From positions 349 through 64,348 of the forward strand of contig CACJNL010000006.1 in NCBI GenBank assembly GCA_902594815.1: DNA of 64,000 nt, written 5' to 3'. The notes under the pieces are model-generated. The model saw nothing but the letters and a program-made list of their open reading frames with translations, searched no databases and had not been told where the DNA came from. Made by a program: the position numbers and the translations under genes. This document shows positions 1 to 11,293 of the stretch, piece by piece. The number at the start of each line of letters is the position of its first letter. Position 1 is the first letter of the stretch. This stretch comes from an uncultured Alphaproteobacteria bacterium (GTDB taxonomy: Bacteria; Pseudomonadota; Alphaproteobacteria; HIMB59; GCA-002718135).

Positions 1-827
1 GTAATAATCTTAAAGAAGCAATTCCATCTAGTCCAGTTGAAGTGTTAGGATTTGACTCAAATCCTCAAGCCGGAGATGATTTTATAGTCGTAGAAAGTGA
101 GAGTGTTGCCAGAAAAATTGCTGAGCATCGATTTAATAAACAGCAAATACAAAAAAACAAAGTAGTAAAATCAAATGTCGAAGAAATGTTTGAACAAATT
201 AATCAAGGTAAAATTTCTTCTTTGCCAATTATTATTAAAGCAGATGTTCAAGGATCAGCTGAAGCAATTGAAAATTCAGTTGTTAAATTGTCAACAAATG
301 AGGTTCAAGTATCTGTAATTCATAAAGGTGTTGGTGCTATTACAGAAAGCGATGTAGCATTAGCAAATTCAAGTAAAGGTTTTATAATTGGTTTTAATGT
401 TCGTGCTTTACCTCATGCTAGAGATGCTGCAAAACGAGATGGAGTTGACATTAAATATTATTCTATAATTTATGAATTGATTGACAATGTAAAAAATCTC
501 TTATCAGGTTTATTGTCACCTGATGTATCAGAAAATATAACAGGAAATGTGGAAATAAGAGAAGTGTTCAGTATTTCAAAAATTGGTAATATTGCGGGTT
601 GTATGGTGAAAGAAGGATTAATTTCAAGAAATTCCAAAATAAGATTACTAAGAGATAATGTCGTTATACATACTGGAACTTTAGCAAGCTTAAAAAGATT
701 TAAAGAAGAAGTAAAGGAAGTTAAAAACGGCTTTGAGTGTGGAGTTATGTTAGAAAATTATTCTGATATAAAAATTGGAGATGTAATTGAAACATTCGAA
801 GAGGTTAAAACAGAAAGAAAGCTCTAG
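1..827 (+). CDS. infB: translation initiation factor IF-2, C-terminal part (5' end outside window)
   Basis: Frame is open to the window edge. The 261-aa tail has IF-2 C-terminal domain character (GAITESDVALA, NIAGCMVKEG). It is followed by rbfA-truB-rpsO-pnp, as in the conserved infB operon. Confidence 0.9.
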   Translation, partial: NNLKEAIPSSPVEVLGFDSNPQAGDDFIVVESESVARKIAEHRFNKQQIQKNKVVKSNVEEMFEQINQGKISSLPIIIKADVQGSAEAIENSVVKLSTNEVQVSVIHKGVGAITESDVALANSSKGFIIGFNVRALPHARDAAKRDGVDIKYYSIIYELIDNVKNLLSGLLSPDVSENITGNVEIREVFSISKIGNIAGCMVKEGLISRNSKIRLLRDNVVIHTGTLASLKRFKEEVKEVKNGFECGVMLENYSDIKIGDVIETFEEVKTERKL

Positions 828-838
828 AATAAACGAAA

Positions 839-1219
839 ATGAGTAATCATATGTCTTCACAAAGACAAATGAGGTTCAGTGAACTAATCAGATCTTTAAT
901 TAGTGAATGTATACTAGTTGAAGACTTTTATAATTTAGAAACTTCAATTAAATCAATTACGGTGTCTTTTGTAAAAATGAGTAAAGATCTTAGGATGGCT
1001 AATGTCTATATTATGCCATTAGGAGGTGAAGACCAAACTAATATAATTAACAATTTAAATGATAATAAATATATATTTCAAAAATTTTTATCCAAAGCAA
1101 AACTTAATTCTAAATTTACACCTAAAATTCATTTTTTCTTAGATGATACTTTTGATGAGGCAGAAAAAATTGAAAAATTACTTTCAAATAAGAGTGTTAA
1201 AAGAGATTTAAATGAATGA
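839..1219 (+). CDS. rbfA: ribosome-binding factor A
   Basis: 126-aa ORF directly after infB. N-terminal QRQMRFSELIRSLISE matches the RbfA pattern. Conserved position. Confidence 0.8.
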   Translation: MSNHMSSQRQMRFSELIRSLISECILVEDFYNLETSIKSITVSFVKMSKDLRMANVYIMPLGGEDQTNIINNLNDNKYIFQKFLSKAKLNSKFTPKIHFFLDDTFDEAEKIEKLLSNKSVKRDLNE

Positions 1220-2120
1220 GAACCTACAGGGTTGGATAAACCTTTATAAACCAATAGGTATCAGTTCTTTTTCTGCAATTTATAAAATAAAAAAAAAATT
1301 TAATTTTAATAAAATAGGACATGCTGGCACTTTAGATCCAAATGCAGAGGGTATTCTGCCTGTTGCTATTAACAAAGCAACAAAGCTTATACCCTTTATA
1401 AATTCAGATTTTAAAGAATATTATTTTAAAATAAAATGGGGTCAACAAACAACCACAGATGATGCTGAAGGAGAAATAATTAAATCAAGTTATAAAATTC
1501 CAAGTGATGAAAATATATTAAAAATGATTGATAATTTTGTTGGCAATATTAGTCAAATACCACCAAAGGCCTCAGCAATAAACATAAATGGAAGAAGAGC
1601 TTATGCTCTCTTACGTGATAAAAAAAAGTTTGATATTGATGAAAAAAAAGTTTTTTTAAAAAAGATAAAATTTCTTGGTTCTAAGAACAATACTTCAAAT
1701 TTTTTTATTGAATGTGGTAAAGGCTTTTATGTAAGGAGCCTTGCACGTGATCTTGCTCATAAATTAGATACATTTGGCCATGCAACAGAAATAAAAAGGA
1801 CAAAAGTAGGAAATTTCATTAGTAAATCATCAATTTTACTGGACGATTTATTAAAAATAGGGCAAAGCAAACCCGAATTTAATTTTATTTATTCAACAAT
1901 TTCTATGCTGGACGACATCTTGGCTTATGAGGTTGAAAAAGAAAGTGATTTAATAGACCTTTCATTGGGTAAACAAATTTTTATTAATAATGAAAAATTA
2001 ATAAAGAAAGCATTAAGTTCAGATAACAAAACATTAGTTTTTTTATCTAACAAAGGAAATATTGTTTCTTTTGGAGAGTTAACTGGAGATTTGTTCCAGC
2101 CTCATAAAGTTTTAACATAG
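1212..2120 (+). CDS. truB: tRNA pseudouridine-55 synthase
   Basis: [16 protein letters not shown] motif (TruB catalytic Asp region). 8-nt overlap with rbfA. Confidence 0.9.
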   Translation: MNENLQGWINLYKPIGISSFSAIYKIKKKFNFNKIGHAGTLDPNAEGILPVAINKATKLIPFINSDFKEYYFKIKWGQQTTTDDAEGEIIKSSYKIPSDENILKMIDNFVGNISQIPPKASAININGRRAYALLRDKKKFDIDEKKVFLKKIKFLGSKNNTSNFFIECGKGFYVRSLARDLAHKLDTFGHATEIKRTKVGNFISKSSILLDDLLKIGQSKPEFNFIYSTISMLDDILAYEVEKESDLIDLSLGKQIFINNEKLIKKALSSDNKTLVFLSNKGNIVSFGELTGDLFQPHKVLT

Positions 2121-2128
2121 GAGTTTTG

Positions 2129-2398
2129 ATGTCGATAAAAAAAGAAGTTAAAAAAGATTTAATAAGTAAATTTTCAATCAACGATAAAGATACAGGTTCT
2201 GCAGAAGTTCAAATTGCAGTTTTAACTGAAAGAATAAACAATCTAATTGAGCATTTTAAAAATCACAAACATGATAATCATTCCAAAAGAGGACTTGTAG
2301 CTTTGGTTAATAATAGAAAAAAACTGTTATCTTATCTTTATAAAAAAGATAACGAAAAATATAATAAGTTAATAAAAGACCTCAAAATAAGAGGTTAA
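2129..2398 (+). CDS. rpsO: 30S ribosomal protein S15
   Basis: 89-aa basic protein with [23 protein letters not shown] lies 6 nt upstream of the ATG at 2129, so the track start at 2126 (TTG) is probably one codon too early. Confidence 0.9.
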   Translation: MSIKKEVKKDLISKFSINDKDTGSAEVQIAVLTERINNLIEHFKNHKHDNHSKRGLVALVNNRKKLLSYLYKKDNEKYNKLIKDLKIRG

Positions 2399-2420
2399 TT
2401 AAATTTGAAAGAGAAAAAAG

Positions 2421-4506
2421 ATGTTTGATGTAAAAAAAAGTAGAATTAGAATGGGCAGGAAAAAAATTAAAAATTGAAACTGGTAAAATAGCTAGGCAAG
2501 CCGACTCATCTGTAGTTGTCACATATGGTGGAACAACTGTAATGGCAAATGTTGTTGCGGCTAAACAGGTAAAACCTGATATGGACTTCTTTCCATTAAC
2601 TGTAAATTATCAAGAAAAATTTTACTCCGTTGGAAAAATTCCCGGAGGTTTTTTTAAAAGAGAAGCTAGACCAACTGAAAAAGAAACATTAATTTGTAGA
2701 TTAATTGATAGACCAATTAGACCTTTATTTCATAAAGATTTTAAAAATGAAACTCAGGTTACATGTACTGTTTTATCTCACGATCTTGAAAATGACTCAG
2801 ATATTGTTGCATTGATTGCTACAAGTACAGCAATTACATTATCAGGTCTTCCTTTTATGGGCCCCTTGGGAGCAACAAAAATTGGAATGATTGATGATAA
2901 GTTAGTCATTAATCCTACAATACAAGAATTAAAAAATTCTAAACTCGATTTGGTTGTTGCCGGAACTAAAAATGGAGTACTAATGGTAGAGTCTGAGGCT
3001 CACCAATTGAGTGAAGAAAAAATGCTTGAGGCAGTTGTTCAAGGTCAAGATGCTTATTTGTCTGTGATAGATGCAATAATTTCATTAGCTAAACAAGCGG
3101 CAAAAGATCCTTGGGATATAACTAAAAAAGATAGTGAAATTTCTAATCTTCCAAAATTAATCGAAGATGAGTATGGTTCTAAATTTAGTGAGGCTTATAA
3201 ATTAATAGAAAAACAAAAAAGAGTTGAACAATTAAATCAATTAAGATCTGAAATTGAAGAAAAATATTTAAGTGACACTCTTACTTCAGTAATTGTATCA
3301 GAAGCGATCAAATCTGTAGAAAAAGATATAGTTAGAGGAGATTTATTAAAAACTGGCAATAGAATTGATGGAAGAGATACTAAAACGGTAAGACCTATAG
3401 TTTGTGAGACAGGAATTTTAGAGAGAACTCATGGATCAGCCTTGTTTACAAGAGGGGAAACGCAAGCACTAGTTGTTACAACACTAGGTACTGGAATGGA
3501 TGAGCAAAGGATTGATGCTATTGAAGGGGAGTATAAAGAAAACTTTATGTTACATTATAATTTCCCTCCCTATTCTGTAGGAGAAGTTGGCAGAGTAGGT
3601 TCTACAAGCAGAAGAGAAATTGGTCATGGAAAACTAGCATGGAGAGCCATACACCCTATGCTTCCAACTAACGATAAGTTTCCTTATACTTACAGAGTGG
3701 TATCTGAAATAACTGAATCAAATGGATCTAGTTCAATGGCAACAGTGTGTGGAACCTCAATGTCGTTGATGGATGCAGGTGTTCCTATTGATAAACCAAT
3801 TGCGGGTATAGCTATGGGACTAATTAAAGAAGATGATAAATACGTCGTGTTATCAGATATTCTTGGAGACGAAGACCATTTAGGCGATATGGACTTTAAA
3901 GTTGCTGGAACAAAAGATGGGATAACGTCTTTACAAATGGATATTAAAATTACGAGCATCACTTCAGAAATAATGAAAGAAGCTCTAGCTCAAGCTAAAG
4001 ATGGCAGAATTCATATTTTAGAAGAAATGGCAAAAGCAATTGAAAAGCCAAAAGAAAAGATTTCTGATTATGCTCCTACAATCACTACATTTCATGTTCA
4101 TAAAGACAAAATAAGAGAGGTGATTGGTAAAGGTGGTGCTGTAATTAGAGAGATAAGTGAAACTACTGGGGCTAAAATCGAAATAGATGATGAAGGATTA
4201 GTTAGTGTAGCTGCTGTTGATGCAAAGTCAGGAAATGATGCAATAGAATGGATCAAAGGAATTGTAGAAGAGCCTGAAATTGGAAAAATTTATGAGGGAA
4301 AAGTTGTAAAATTAATGGACTTTGGTGCTTTTGTGAATTTCATGGGCTCAAGAGATGGCTTGGTACATATTAGTCAACTTAAAAATGAAAGAGTAGAAAA
4401 AGTGAGCGATGTTATTAATGAAGGCGATGTTGTAAAAGTAAAAGTTTTAGATATCGACTCAAGAGGTAAAGTGAAACTCTCAATGAAAGAAGTAGAGGCT
4501 GATTAG
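2421..4506 (+). CDS. pnp: polynucleotide phosphorylase; reading frame interrupted by a 1-nt insertion in an A8 run (2432-2439)
   Basis: The track ORF 2542-4506 carries RNase PH, KH and S1 domains. ATG 2421 gives MFDVKK, then a stop. Dropping one A restores [40 protein letters not shown], in frame with 2542. Confidence 0.85.
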
Positions 4507-5248
4507 TAGATATTCATTACCAAAAATAATTGGTCATAGAGGTGTAAAAAACTTAGCACCAGAAAATAGTATAGAATCTATCTCAAAAGCGTTTGAGCTT
4601 GGCTTAGACTGTGTTGAGATAGATGTAAAAATTAGCAAAGATAATATACCTTTGTTGATTCATGATGATACTCTGGATAGAACAACAAGTGGTTCTGGTT
4701 TAGTTTGTGAACACACATTTGACGAAATCTTAAATTTGGACGCTGGTTATTTTTTTTATAACTCAAAATCGAATGTTAGAGTACCAAGTCTAAATACGGT
4801 ATTAGAAGAAGTAACCAACAAAAATAAATCTATAAATATTGAGCTGAAGCCTAATAAAGGACTTGAAAGACTTAATGTAGACAAAATAGTGGAGGAGATT
4901 AAAAATTTTTCTTTAGAAAATATTTTCTTTTCAAGCTTTGATCTTGAAAGCTGCATATATTTAAAAGAAAAATTACCAGCTGCTCTTTGTGGTTTTTTAA
5001 ATCATGATTTTAGCAAAATTACTCTAAAAGATACGACAGATATATGTAAAAAATATGATTTTTTTAGTTGTGGCACAAATATAGAGTCATTTTCAGACAC
5101 AGTTGTTCATGAGCTAACAAATTGTGGCATATTGGTAACTGTATATTCAGGAAAAAAAATTCCAATAAAAGAAGCGCGAAATTTGTGGGAAAAAAAAGTT
5201 ACGAGTGTTTTTGTAGATGATCCTACTGACTATTTAGAGTATTTTTAA
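4502..5248 (+). CDS. glycerophosphodiester phosphodiesterase (GDPD family); start codon uncertain
   Basis: The frame is open from 4496 and encodes the catalytic N-terminus [15 protein letters not shown]...VEIDV...[11 protein letters not shown] upstream of the track start at 4652. Only CTG 4499 or ATT 4502 are available as starts. Confidence 0.7.
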   Translation: MSRYSLPKIIGHRGVKNLAPENSIESISKAFELGLDCVEIDVKISKDNIPLLIHDDTLDRTTSGSGLVCEHTFDEILNLDAGYFFYNSKSNVRVPSLNTVLEEVTNKNKSINIELKPNKGLERLNVDKIVEEIKNFSLENIFFSSFDLESCIYLKEKLPAALCGFLNHDFSKITLKDTTDICKKYDFFSCGTNIESFSDTVVHELTNCGILVTVYSGKKIPIKEARNLWEKKVTSVFVDDPTDYLEYF

Positions 5249-6015
5249 GCTTTAGGCATTCCTACAATGTTGAAACCACAGTCAACATAATGTATTTCTC
5301 CAGTTACTGCAGACGACATGTCACTAACTAAATATAAAGCAGAATTGCCTAATTCTTCTAAATTAACATTTCTTTTTAAAGATGAATTATCATTGGTGTA
5401 TTTAAAAACTTCTCTTGCATTCGCTATAGCAGCACCAGCAAGTGTTCTCATAGGGCCCGCTGATATAGCATTTACTCTTATATTTTGATCTCCTAAATCA
5501 ACACTTAAATATTTCACGCTTGTTTCAAGTGCAGCTTTTGCAACCCCCATAACATTGTAATTTGGCATTACTTTATTTGCTCCATAGAAGCTTAATGTTA
5601 CTAAGCTTCCTTTTTGATTGAGAATAGGTTGAAAAACTTTAGCTATTTTTGTGAAAGAAAAACACGAGACAGAAAGACTATTAATAAAATTATCTTTTGA
5701 AGTTTCGATATAACGTCCATTTAATTCATTTTTATCAGAATATGCTACGGCATGGATAATAAAATCAATATTTTCAAATTTATCTTTAACAACCTTAAAA
5801 GTTTTATTTAAATCCTTCTCTTTGCTCACATCACATTCAATTAAACAATTACAGTTTACTTTATCGGCAAGAGGTTTAACTCTTTTTAATAATGTGTTGT
5901 TTTGATAAGTAATTGCTAAATCAGCACCATGTTGATGTAACTTTTCAGCAATACCCCAAGCTATTGAATGATCATTTGCAATGCCAAAAATTATACCTTT
6001 TTTACCTTTAAGCAT
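5245..6015 (-). CDS. fabI: enoyl-ACP reductase (NADH), FabI type
   Basis: 256 aa. N-terminal [20 protein letters not shown] and SDR fold. Adjacent to fabB and fabA. Confidence 0.85.
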   Translation of the reverse strand: MLKGKKGIIFGIANDHSIAWGIAEKLHQHGADLAITYQNNTLLKRVKPLADKVNCNCLIECDVSKEKDLNKTFKVVKDKFENIDFIIHAVAYSDKNELNGRYIETSKDNFINSLSVSCFSFTKIAKVFQPILNQKGSLVTLSFYGANKVMPNYNVMGVAKAALETSVKYLSVDLGDQNIRVNAISAGPMRTLAGAAIANAREVFKYTNDNSSLKRNVNLEELGNSALYLVSDMSSAVTGEIHYVDCGFNIVGMPKA

Positions 6016-7225
6016 TATATCTAGACATCAATAAAGATGCATTTGTCCCACCAAAACCAAAACTGTTTGACAATACGTTCTCAATTTTATGGTTATCTTC
6101 TGTCTCTAAAAGAATATTGTGATTTTTAGCACTCTCATCTAAAGTTGTTATATTAGCTGAACCGCATAGAAAATTATTATTTAACATAAGAAGGCAATAT
6201 ATTGCTTCATGTACACCAGTTGCACCTAAAGAATGTCCAGTTAAAGACTTTGTTGAACTAATTTTTGGAAGATTATCTCCAAACACATTTTTAATCGCTT
6301 CTAATTCTTTGATATCACCTATTGGTGTACTAGTTCCATGTGAATTAATATAATCAACTTTTCCGTTGATGTCTTTGATTGCCATTTTCATACATCTCTC
6401 AGCCCCTTCTCCTGAAGGCTGAACCATATCAAACCCATCTGAAGTGGCACCATATCCAGTTATTTCACCATATATTTTTGCCCCTCTAACTTTAGCATGT
6501 TCAAGCTCTTCAAGAACTAAAGTTCCACCACCTCCAGAGATCACAAATCCATCTCTATCAGCATCGTATGCTCTTGATGCTACTTTAGGATTATTATTAT
6601 ATTTTGATGATAAAGCTCCCATAGCATCAAATAATATTGATAAAGTCCAATGTAATTCCTCACCTCCTCCGGCAAAAATAATATTTTGTTTTCCCATTTG
6701 AATTAACTCATAAGCATTTCCTATACAATGAGAGCTTGTAGAACACGCAGATGTAATAGAATAATTTACACCCTTTATTTTAAATGGTGTGGCTAAAGTG
6801 GCAGAATTTGTACTCGACATACTTCGCGGAACCATAAAAGGTCCAACTTTTTTTGATCCACTATTTTTCCCTAACTCTGAAGCTTTATATAAATTCATTG
6901 TGGAAGGCCCACCTGAACCTACAATAATACCTGTCATTTCATTTGATATATCTATTTCTTCTAAACCTGAGTCTTCAATGGCATTTTTCATAGCTATGTA
7001 GTTAAATGCTGCACCATCACCCATAAAACGTAAAAGACGACGATCAATATTTTCTTCTAAATTTATTTCTGGCTTCCCATGTACAAGACTTCTAAATGAA
7101 AATTCTTCATATTCAGGAGCTGAAGATATTCCAGAGTTTAAATTTTTTAGATTATTAGTAACTGTTTCAGCATCGTTACCAATGCACGAAACTATTCCAA
7201 GTCCAGTTACTACTACTCGTCTCAT
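6008..7225 (-). CDS. fabB: 3-oxoacyl-ACP synthase I
   Basis: 405 aa. C-terminal [21 protein letters not shown]...[13 protein letters not shown] closely parallels E. coli FabB. Directly downstream of fabA. Confidence 0.85.
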   Translation of the reverse strand: MRRVVVTGLGIVSCIGNDAETVTNNLKNLNSGISSAPEYEEFSFRSLVHGKPEINLEENIDRRLLRFMGDGAAFNYIAMKNAIEDSGLEEIDISNEMTGIIVGSGGPSTMNLYKASELGKNSGSKKVGPFMVPRSMSSTNSATLATPFKIKGVNYSITSACSTSSHCIGNAYELIQMGKQNIIFAGGGEELHWTLSILFDAMGALSSKYNNNPKVASRAYDADRDGFVISGGGGTLVLEELEHAKVRGAKIYGEITGYGATSDGFDMVQPSGEGAERCMKMAIKDINGKVDYINSHGTSTPIGDIKELEAIKNVFGDNLPKISSTKSLTGHSLGATGVHEAIYCLLMLNNNFLCGSANITTLDESAKNHNILLETEDNHKIENVLSNSFGFGGTNASLLMSRYNA

Positions 7226-7227
7226 AT

Positions 7228-7737
7228 TTATTTTTCTACAGTTTGAAAAAGACCAACCTTCATATCCTTGGCTTCATAAATAGGGCTTCCATCAGCTTTG
7301 AGAACTCCATCAGCAACACCTAATATTAATTTTCTTAGTATTAATCTTTTTAAAGAGATGTGATAAGTTACTTTTTTTACAGTATTTAATACTTGACCAG
7401 TGAATTTAACTTCTCCTACACCAAGAGCCCTACCTTTTCCTGGTTGACCTAACCAACCAAGATAAAAGCCAACAAGTTGCCACATAGCATCCAACCCTAA
7501 ACATCCAGGCATTACTGGGTCTCCCTTAAAATGACAATCAAAAAACCATAACTCTGGCTTAATATCTAACTCGGCAACAATTTCTCCTTTTTCAAATAAT
7601 CCACCTTTTTCATTTATGCTGGTAACTCTATCAAACATTAGCATGGGTGGAGCTGGGAGTTGTGCGTTACCTTTGCCAAAAAGAATACCATTCGCACAGT
7701 CTAATAGTTCTTGATATGAAAATGAATTCTGTCTCAT
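7228..7737 (-). CDS. fabA: 3-hydroxydecanoyl-ACP dehydratase/isomerase
   Basis: 169 aa with [31 protein letters not shown], the FabA active-site region. Confidence 0.9.
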   Translation of the reverse strand: MRQNSFSYQELLDCANGILFGKGNAQLPAPPMLMFDRVTSINEKGGLFEKGEIVAELDIKPELWFFDCHFKGDPVMPGCLGLDAMWQLVGFYLGWLGQPGKGRALGVGEVKFTGQVLNTVKKVTYHISLKRLILRKLILGVADGVLKADGSPIYEAKDMKVGLFQTVEK

Positions 7738-7778
7738 AATGATTAGATATAAGTTATTAAATGATAATATAGTATAAG

Positions 7779-8522
7779 TTAACCATTATTTAATACACAA
7801 TCAGCATTATTTTTAATTTTGATATTACTAATACTTAAATTTTCACTATTAATTAAAGTTAAGATATTATTTTCATTATTAATTTCTAATATTGTATTAA
7901 TAGTTTTTTGGGCTGTAATTAATCCAGCAATACCTGCGCAGATACTTGAAATACCAACAGTATCGCACCTTGCTAGTTCAACATCTTCATCATTTGGAAA
8001 TACACAGTTTAAGCAAGTGTGATTTATTTGATTTTTAAAAAGACAAATTTGTATATTATTATTTATTGCTGATGAAAAAATATATTGTAAGGAATTTTTA
8101 ACACAGAATTTATTAATTAATTTAGATAATTGCCAATCATCGCTTGTATCTATAATGATATCAGCATCCAATAAAACATTAATATTTTTTTCAGTTAAAT
8201 TTTCTGAGTATGCAGTAATTTTGCAGTATGGGTTTGTTTTTAAAAGTCTATTTTTTGCACAAATACTTTTATAATTACCTATATCATCTAAACTATATAA
8301 GATTTGTCTACCTAAATTAGTTTTTTCTATACGATCACCATCAAATAAAGTTAAGTGCTTTAATCCTGAAGAAACTAAGTATTGAGATAGAGGGCACCCA
8401 ATTCCACCAAGACCAACTATAGTAATTTTTGCATCATGCAATTTGTGAATATTTTTTTCATCAAAATTTTTTAAAATAAATTGCCTAGAAAATATTTCAT
8501 ATTCTAAATCTGAATAAGTCAT
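7779..8522 (-). CDS. ThiF/MoeB/HesA-family E1-like adenylyltransferase
   Basis: FSRQ...[19 protein letters not shown] nucleotide-binding motif, [11 protein letters not shown], and two Cys pairs. No thiS or moaD partner is adjacent. Confidence 0.7.
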   Translation of the reverse strand: MTYSDLEYEIFSRQFILKNFDEKNIHKLHDAKITIVGLGGIGCPLSQYLVSSGLKHLTLFDGDRIEKTNLGRQILYSLDDIGNYKSICAKNRLLKTNPYCKITAYSENLTEKNINVLLDADIIIDTSDDWQLSKLINKFCVKNSLQYIFSSAINNNIQICLFKNQINHTCLNCVFPNDEDVELARCDTVGISSICAGIAGLITAQKTINTILEINNENNILTLINSENLSISNIKIKNNADCVLNNG

Positions 8523-9697
8523 TTGATTCCAATTTGGTTATATATTGAATCTAAAATATGTTTTGCACAATTCACTTTAGAAGTTTTAGGATAATTTTTT
8601 ATTTTATCTTTAGTTATAACTGATATTTTATTTTCATTTAAACCAAATACTTTGTTATCATTGCTTATTTTATTATAAACAACCATATCACAATTTTTTT
8701 CATTTAATTTCTTTTTCGCATTTATTAAACCCCCAGTTTCAGCAGAAAAACCAACTACATATTTTGGCCTATTTTTTTTTAGAAGTGAAATCGTTTTTAA
8801 TATATCGACATTTTTTTTTAACAAAATCGATTTAAAATTTTCTTTCTTAATTTTTTTTTCACTAGTTTGTTTTATTTTAAAATCTGCTACCGCAGCACTA
8901 AATATAGCAATATCAATATTGTTATTTGCTTTTTTCACACGATCTAACATTTCATCAGCTGTTTTGATTTTAACAAGCTTTACATTTGATGGTGGCTGTA
9001 AGTTAGTTGGACCTGAGATTAATATTACTTTCGCCCCTGATTTTGAGAGCTCATTGGCAATCTCATATCCTTGCTTACCAGATGAATAATTAGATATATA
9101 TCTAATTGGATCAATATTTTCTATAGTAGGACCTGCTGTAATAAGGCATCTTTTTCCTAAAAATCTTTTATTAAAAGAAAGTTTAGAAATTAAATAATTA
9201 ACAATTTTTCTTGTGTCTTCAATTCTGCCTATTCCATATTCACCACACTTCAATTTACCACTTTTTGGACCAATAAATTCTACACCCACTGATTTTAAAT
9301 AACGTATATTTTTTTTATTTATTTTATTTTCCCACATTTCACTGTTCATTGCAGGAATTAAATATATTGGCTTATTCGAAGCAAGCAAGATAGTTGAAGC
9401 TAAATTGTCTCCATATCCATTTGCAAATTTAGCAATAGTATTAGCGGTAGCTGGACATACTGCTATTATATCATTTTTTCTTGATAAATTAATATGAAGT
9501 ATTTTTTGCTTGTTCTCACTAAGATCTATATAAATTTTTCCAGTTATATTATTTCTTAATTTTGAAATACTTACTAATTTTTTTGCGTTGGTAGTAAGAA
9601 CGCAATCAACATCTACCTTATGTTTTTTTAATTTCTCTAAAATTACATAACATCTTGAAATTGCAATAGAGCCAGTAATTATAAAGAGTATTTTCAC
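8519..9697 (-). CDS. coaBC: bifunctional phosphopantothenoylcysteine decarboxylase / phosphopantothenate-cysteine ligase
   Basis: 392 aa. N-terminal flavoprotein domain (KILFIITGSIAI), C-terminal DFP domain (ITAGPTIENIDPIRYISNYSSGKQG). Confidence 0.88.
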   Translation of the reverse strand: MKILFIITGSIAISRCYVILEKLKKHKVDVDCVLTTNAKKLVSISKLRNNITGKIYIDLSENKQKILHINLSRKNDIIAVCPATANTIAKFANGYGDNLASTILLASNKPIYLIPAMNSEMWENKINKKNIRYLKSVGVEFIGPKSGKLKCGEYGIGRIEDTRKIVNYLISKLSFNKRFLGKRCLITAGPTIENIDPIRYISNYSSGKQGYEIANELSKSGAKVILISGPTNLQPPSNVKLVKIKTADEMLDRVKKANNNIDIAIFSAAVADFKIKQTSEKKIKKENFKSILLKKNVDILKTISLLKKNRPKYVVGFSAETGGLINAKKKLNEKNCDMVVYNKISNDNKVFGLNENKISVITKDKIKNYPKTSKVNCAKHILDSIYNQIGIK

Positions 9698-10425
9698 TAA
9701 TATTTAAATCCTGTGTGTATTGATACAATTCCATCAAAAAGATTTATATATTTTGCCGTCCTAAAACCCACATTCTCTATTTTATTTTTAAGAATTTCTT
9801 GGTTTGGAAACATATCAATACTCTCATTTAAATAATTATATGCTTCTTCATTACTAGAAAAAATTTTACCAAACAAAGGTATAAAATTTGATTTATAATA
9901 AGAGTAGATTTTTGACAAAGGGATTGATAATGGCTTGCTAAATTCCATACAATAAAATTTACCACCAGGCTTTAACACCCTAAATGCTTCCTTTAATGCT
10001 TGATCTATGTTTGTAATATTTCTTAAACAAAAAGAGATTAAATATTTATCATAAGTATTGTTCTCAAATTTTAAGTCTTCAGCATTTTGTAAATAAAATT
10101 TAACATTACCTTTTTTAATTCTTTTTTTACCCTCATTGAGCATTTCTTGATTAAGGTCAACAATATCGATTATTGTATTAGAATTTTTTTTTTGAATTTC
10201 TAAAACTAAATCTCCTGATCCAGAGCCAATATCGATAATTTTTTCACCTTTTAAGGGATTGACTAAGTCTATAAATATTGATTTCCACAATCTATGTGCT
10301 CCAAAACTCATTACATCGTTCATCAAATCATAATTTGAGGCAACGTCTGAAAAAACTTTTTGAACTAACCTTGTTTTTTCTTTAGACGTTACTTTTGAAT
10401 AACCAAAATTTGATAATTTGTTCAT
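9697..10425 (-). CDS. ubiE: demethylmenaquinone/ubiquinone C-methyltransferase
   Basis: FSDVASNYDLMNDVMSFGAHRLWK plus the SAM motif IDIGSGSGD. Confidence 0.88.
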   Translation of the reverse strand: MNKLSNFGYSKVTSKEKTRLVQKVFSDVASNYDLMNDVMSFGAHRLWKSIFIDLVNPLKGEKIIDIGSGSGDLVLEIQKKNSNTIIDIVDLNQEMLNEGKKRIKKGNVKFYLQNAEDLKFENNTYDKYLISFCLRNITNIDQALKEAFRVLKPGGKFYCMEFSKPLSIPLSKIYSYYKSNFIPLFGKIFSSNEEAYNYLNESIDMFPNQEILKNKIENVGFRTAKYINLFDGIVSIHTGFKY

Positions 10426-10428
10426 TAT

Positions 10429-11241
10429 ATGCCTGAATTACCTGAAGTTGAAACTACTGTTAATAGTTTAAATATATTAAAAAATAAAAAAGTCATCAAA
10501 GTTGATGTACATACAAAAAAACTCAGGTATCCAGTACCACTAAATCCTATAAAACAAATATTAAATTCAAAGATAATCAAACTTAGAAGAATAGCAAAGT
10601 ATGTCATTATTGATTTTGATAACTTAAATAGTGTCATAATACATCTAGGAATGTCTGGACGTTTAAAAATATTGAAAAACAGGACTTTGATCAAAAAGCA
10701 TGATCATTTAGTCTTTAAATTTACTAATAATAATAGGTTAGTTTTTAATGACCCAAGAAAATTTGGATTTATTGATATAATCAGGTCAGATAAAATTAAT
10801 AATATCAGATATATTAAAAGATTGGGTTTGGATGCTTTAGATAAACGACTGTCTAAGGAGTACTTATATTGTAAATTTCATAAATCAGAGGTTCTTGTAA
10901 AACAGCTTTTACTTAATCAATATATAGTAGCTGGCATTGGTAACATTTATGCTAGTGAAATTTTATTTGATGCCAAAATTTCTCCATTTAATAGGGGTAA
11001 AGATTTAAACAAGTACCAAATTGGTACAATTATTCAATCTATAAAAAAAATACTCAAAAAGGCGATTAAATTTGGTGGCTCAACCATAAATGATTACATT
11101 TCTCCTGACGGAACCTTGGGTAATTTTCAGAATAATTTTAGGGTATATGGCAAAGAGGGTAAAAAAATCCAGGGATATGAAATAAAAAAAAAGGTTTTAT
11201 ATGGAAGGTCAACTTTCTTTTGTCCTGAAATTCAAAAGTGA
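10429..11241 (+). CDS. mutM: formamidopyrimidine-DNA glycosylase
   Basis: The MPELPEVE N-terminus is diagnostic for Fpg/Nei. 270 aa. Confidence 0.9.
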   Translation: MPELPEVETTVNSLNILKNKKVIKVDVHTKKLRYPVPLNPIKQILNSKIIKLRRIAKYVIIDFDNLNSVIIHLGMSGRLKILKNRTLIKKHDHLVFKFTNNNRLVFNDPRKFGFIDIIRSDKINNIRYIKRLGLDALDKRLSKEYLYCKFHKSEVLVKQLLLNQYIVAGIGNIYASEILFDAKISPFNRGKDLNKYQIGTIIQSIKKILKKAIKFGGSTINDYISPDGTLGNFQNNFRVYGKEGKKIQGYEIKKKVLYGRSTFFCPEIQK

Positions 11242-11293
11242 TTTTAATATATGAGTTGACTTTAAATTTATTAAATTTATAGGGAATTTCTAT

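Noticed and set aside
3690-3962. Antisense or alternative-frame ORFs of 60-105 aa inside pnp, fabB, nrdA, folC, accD, trpA/B, rpsA, aroA, lptB/A/C, kdsD, gltB, GH2 and others (e.g. 3690-3962, 6444-6701, 38876-39163, 46185-46496, 53316-53552).
   Set aside because: All lie wholly within well-supported genes, have low-complexity or hydrophobic shadow-frame composition, and have no recognisable motifs or ribosome-binding sites. They are typical spurious ORFs.
10425-10694. 89-aa minus-strand ORF overlapping the 5' part of mutM.
   Set aside because: It is antisense to the strongly supported Fpg N-terminus (MPELPEVE), has hydrophobic shadow-frame composition, and would run straight into ubiE.
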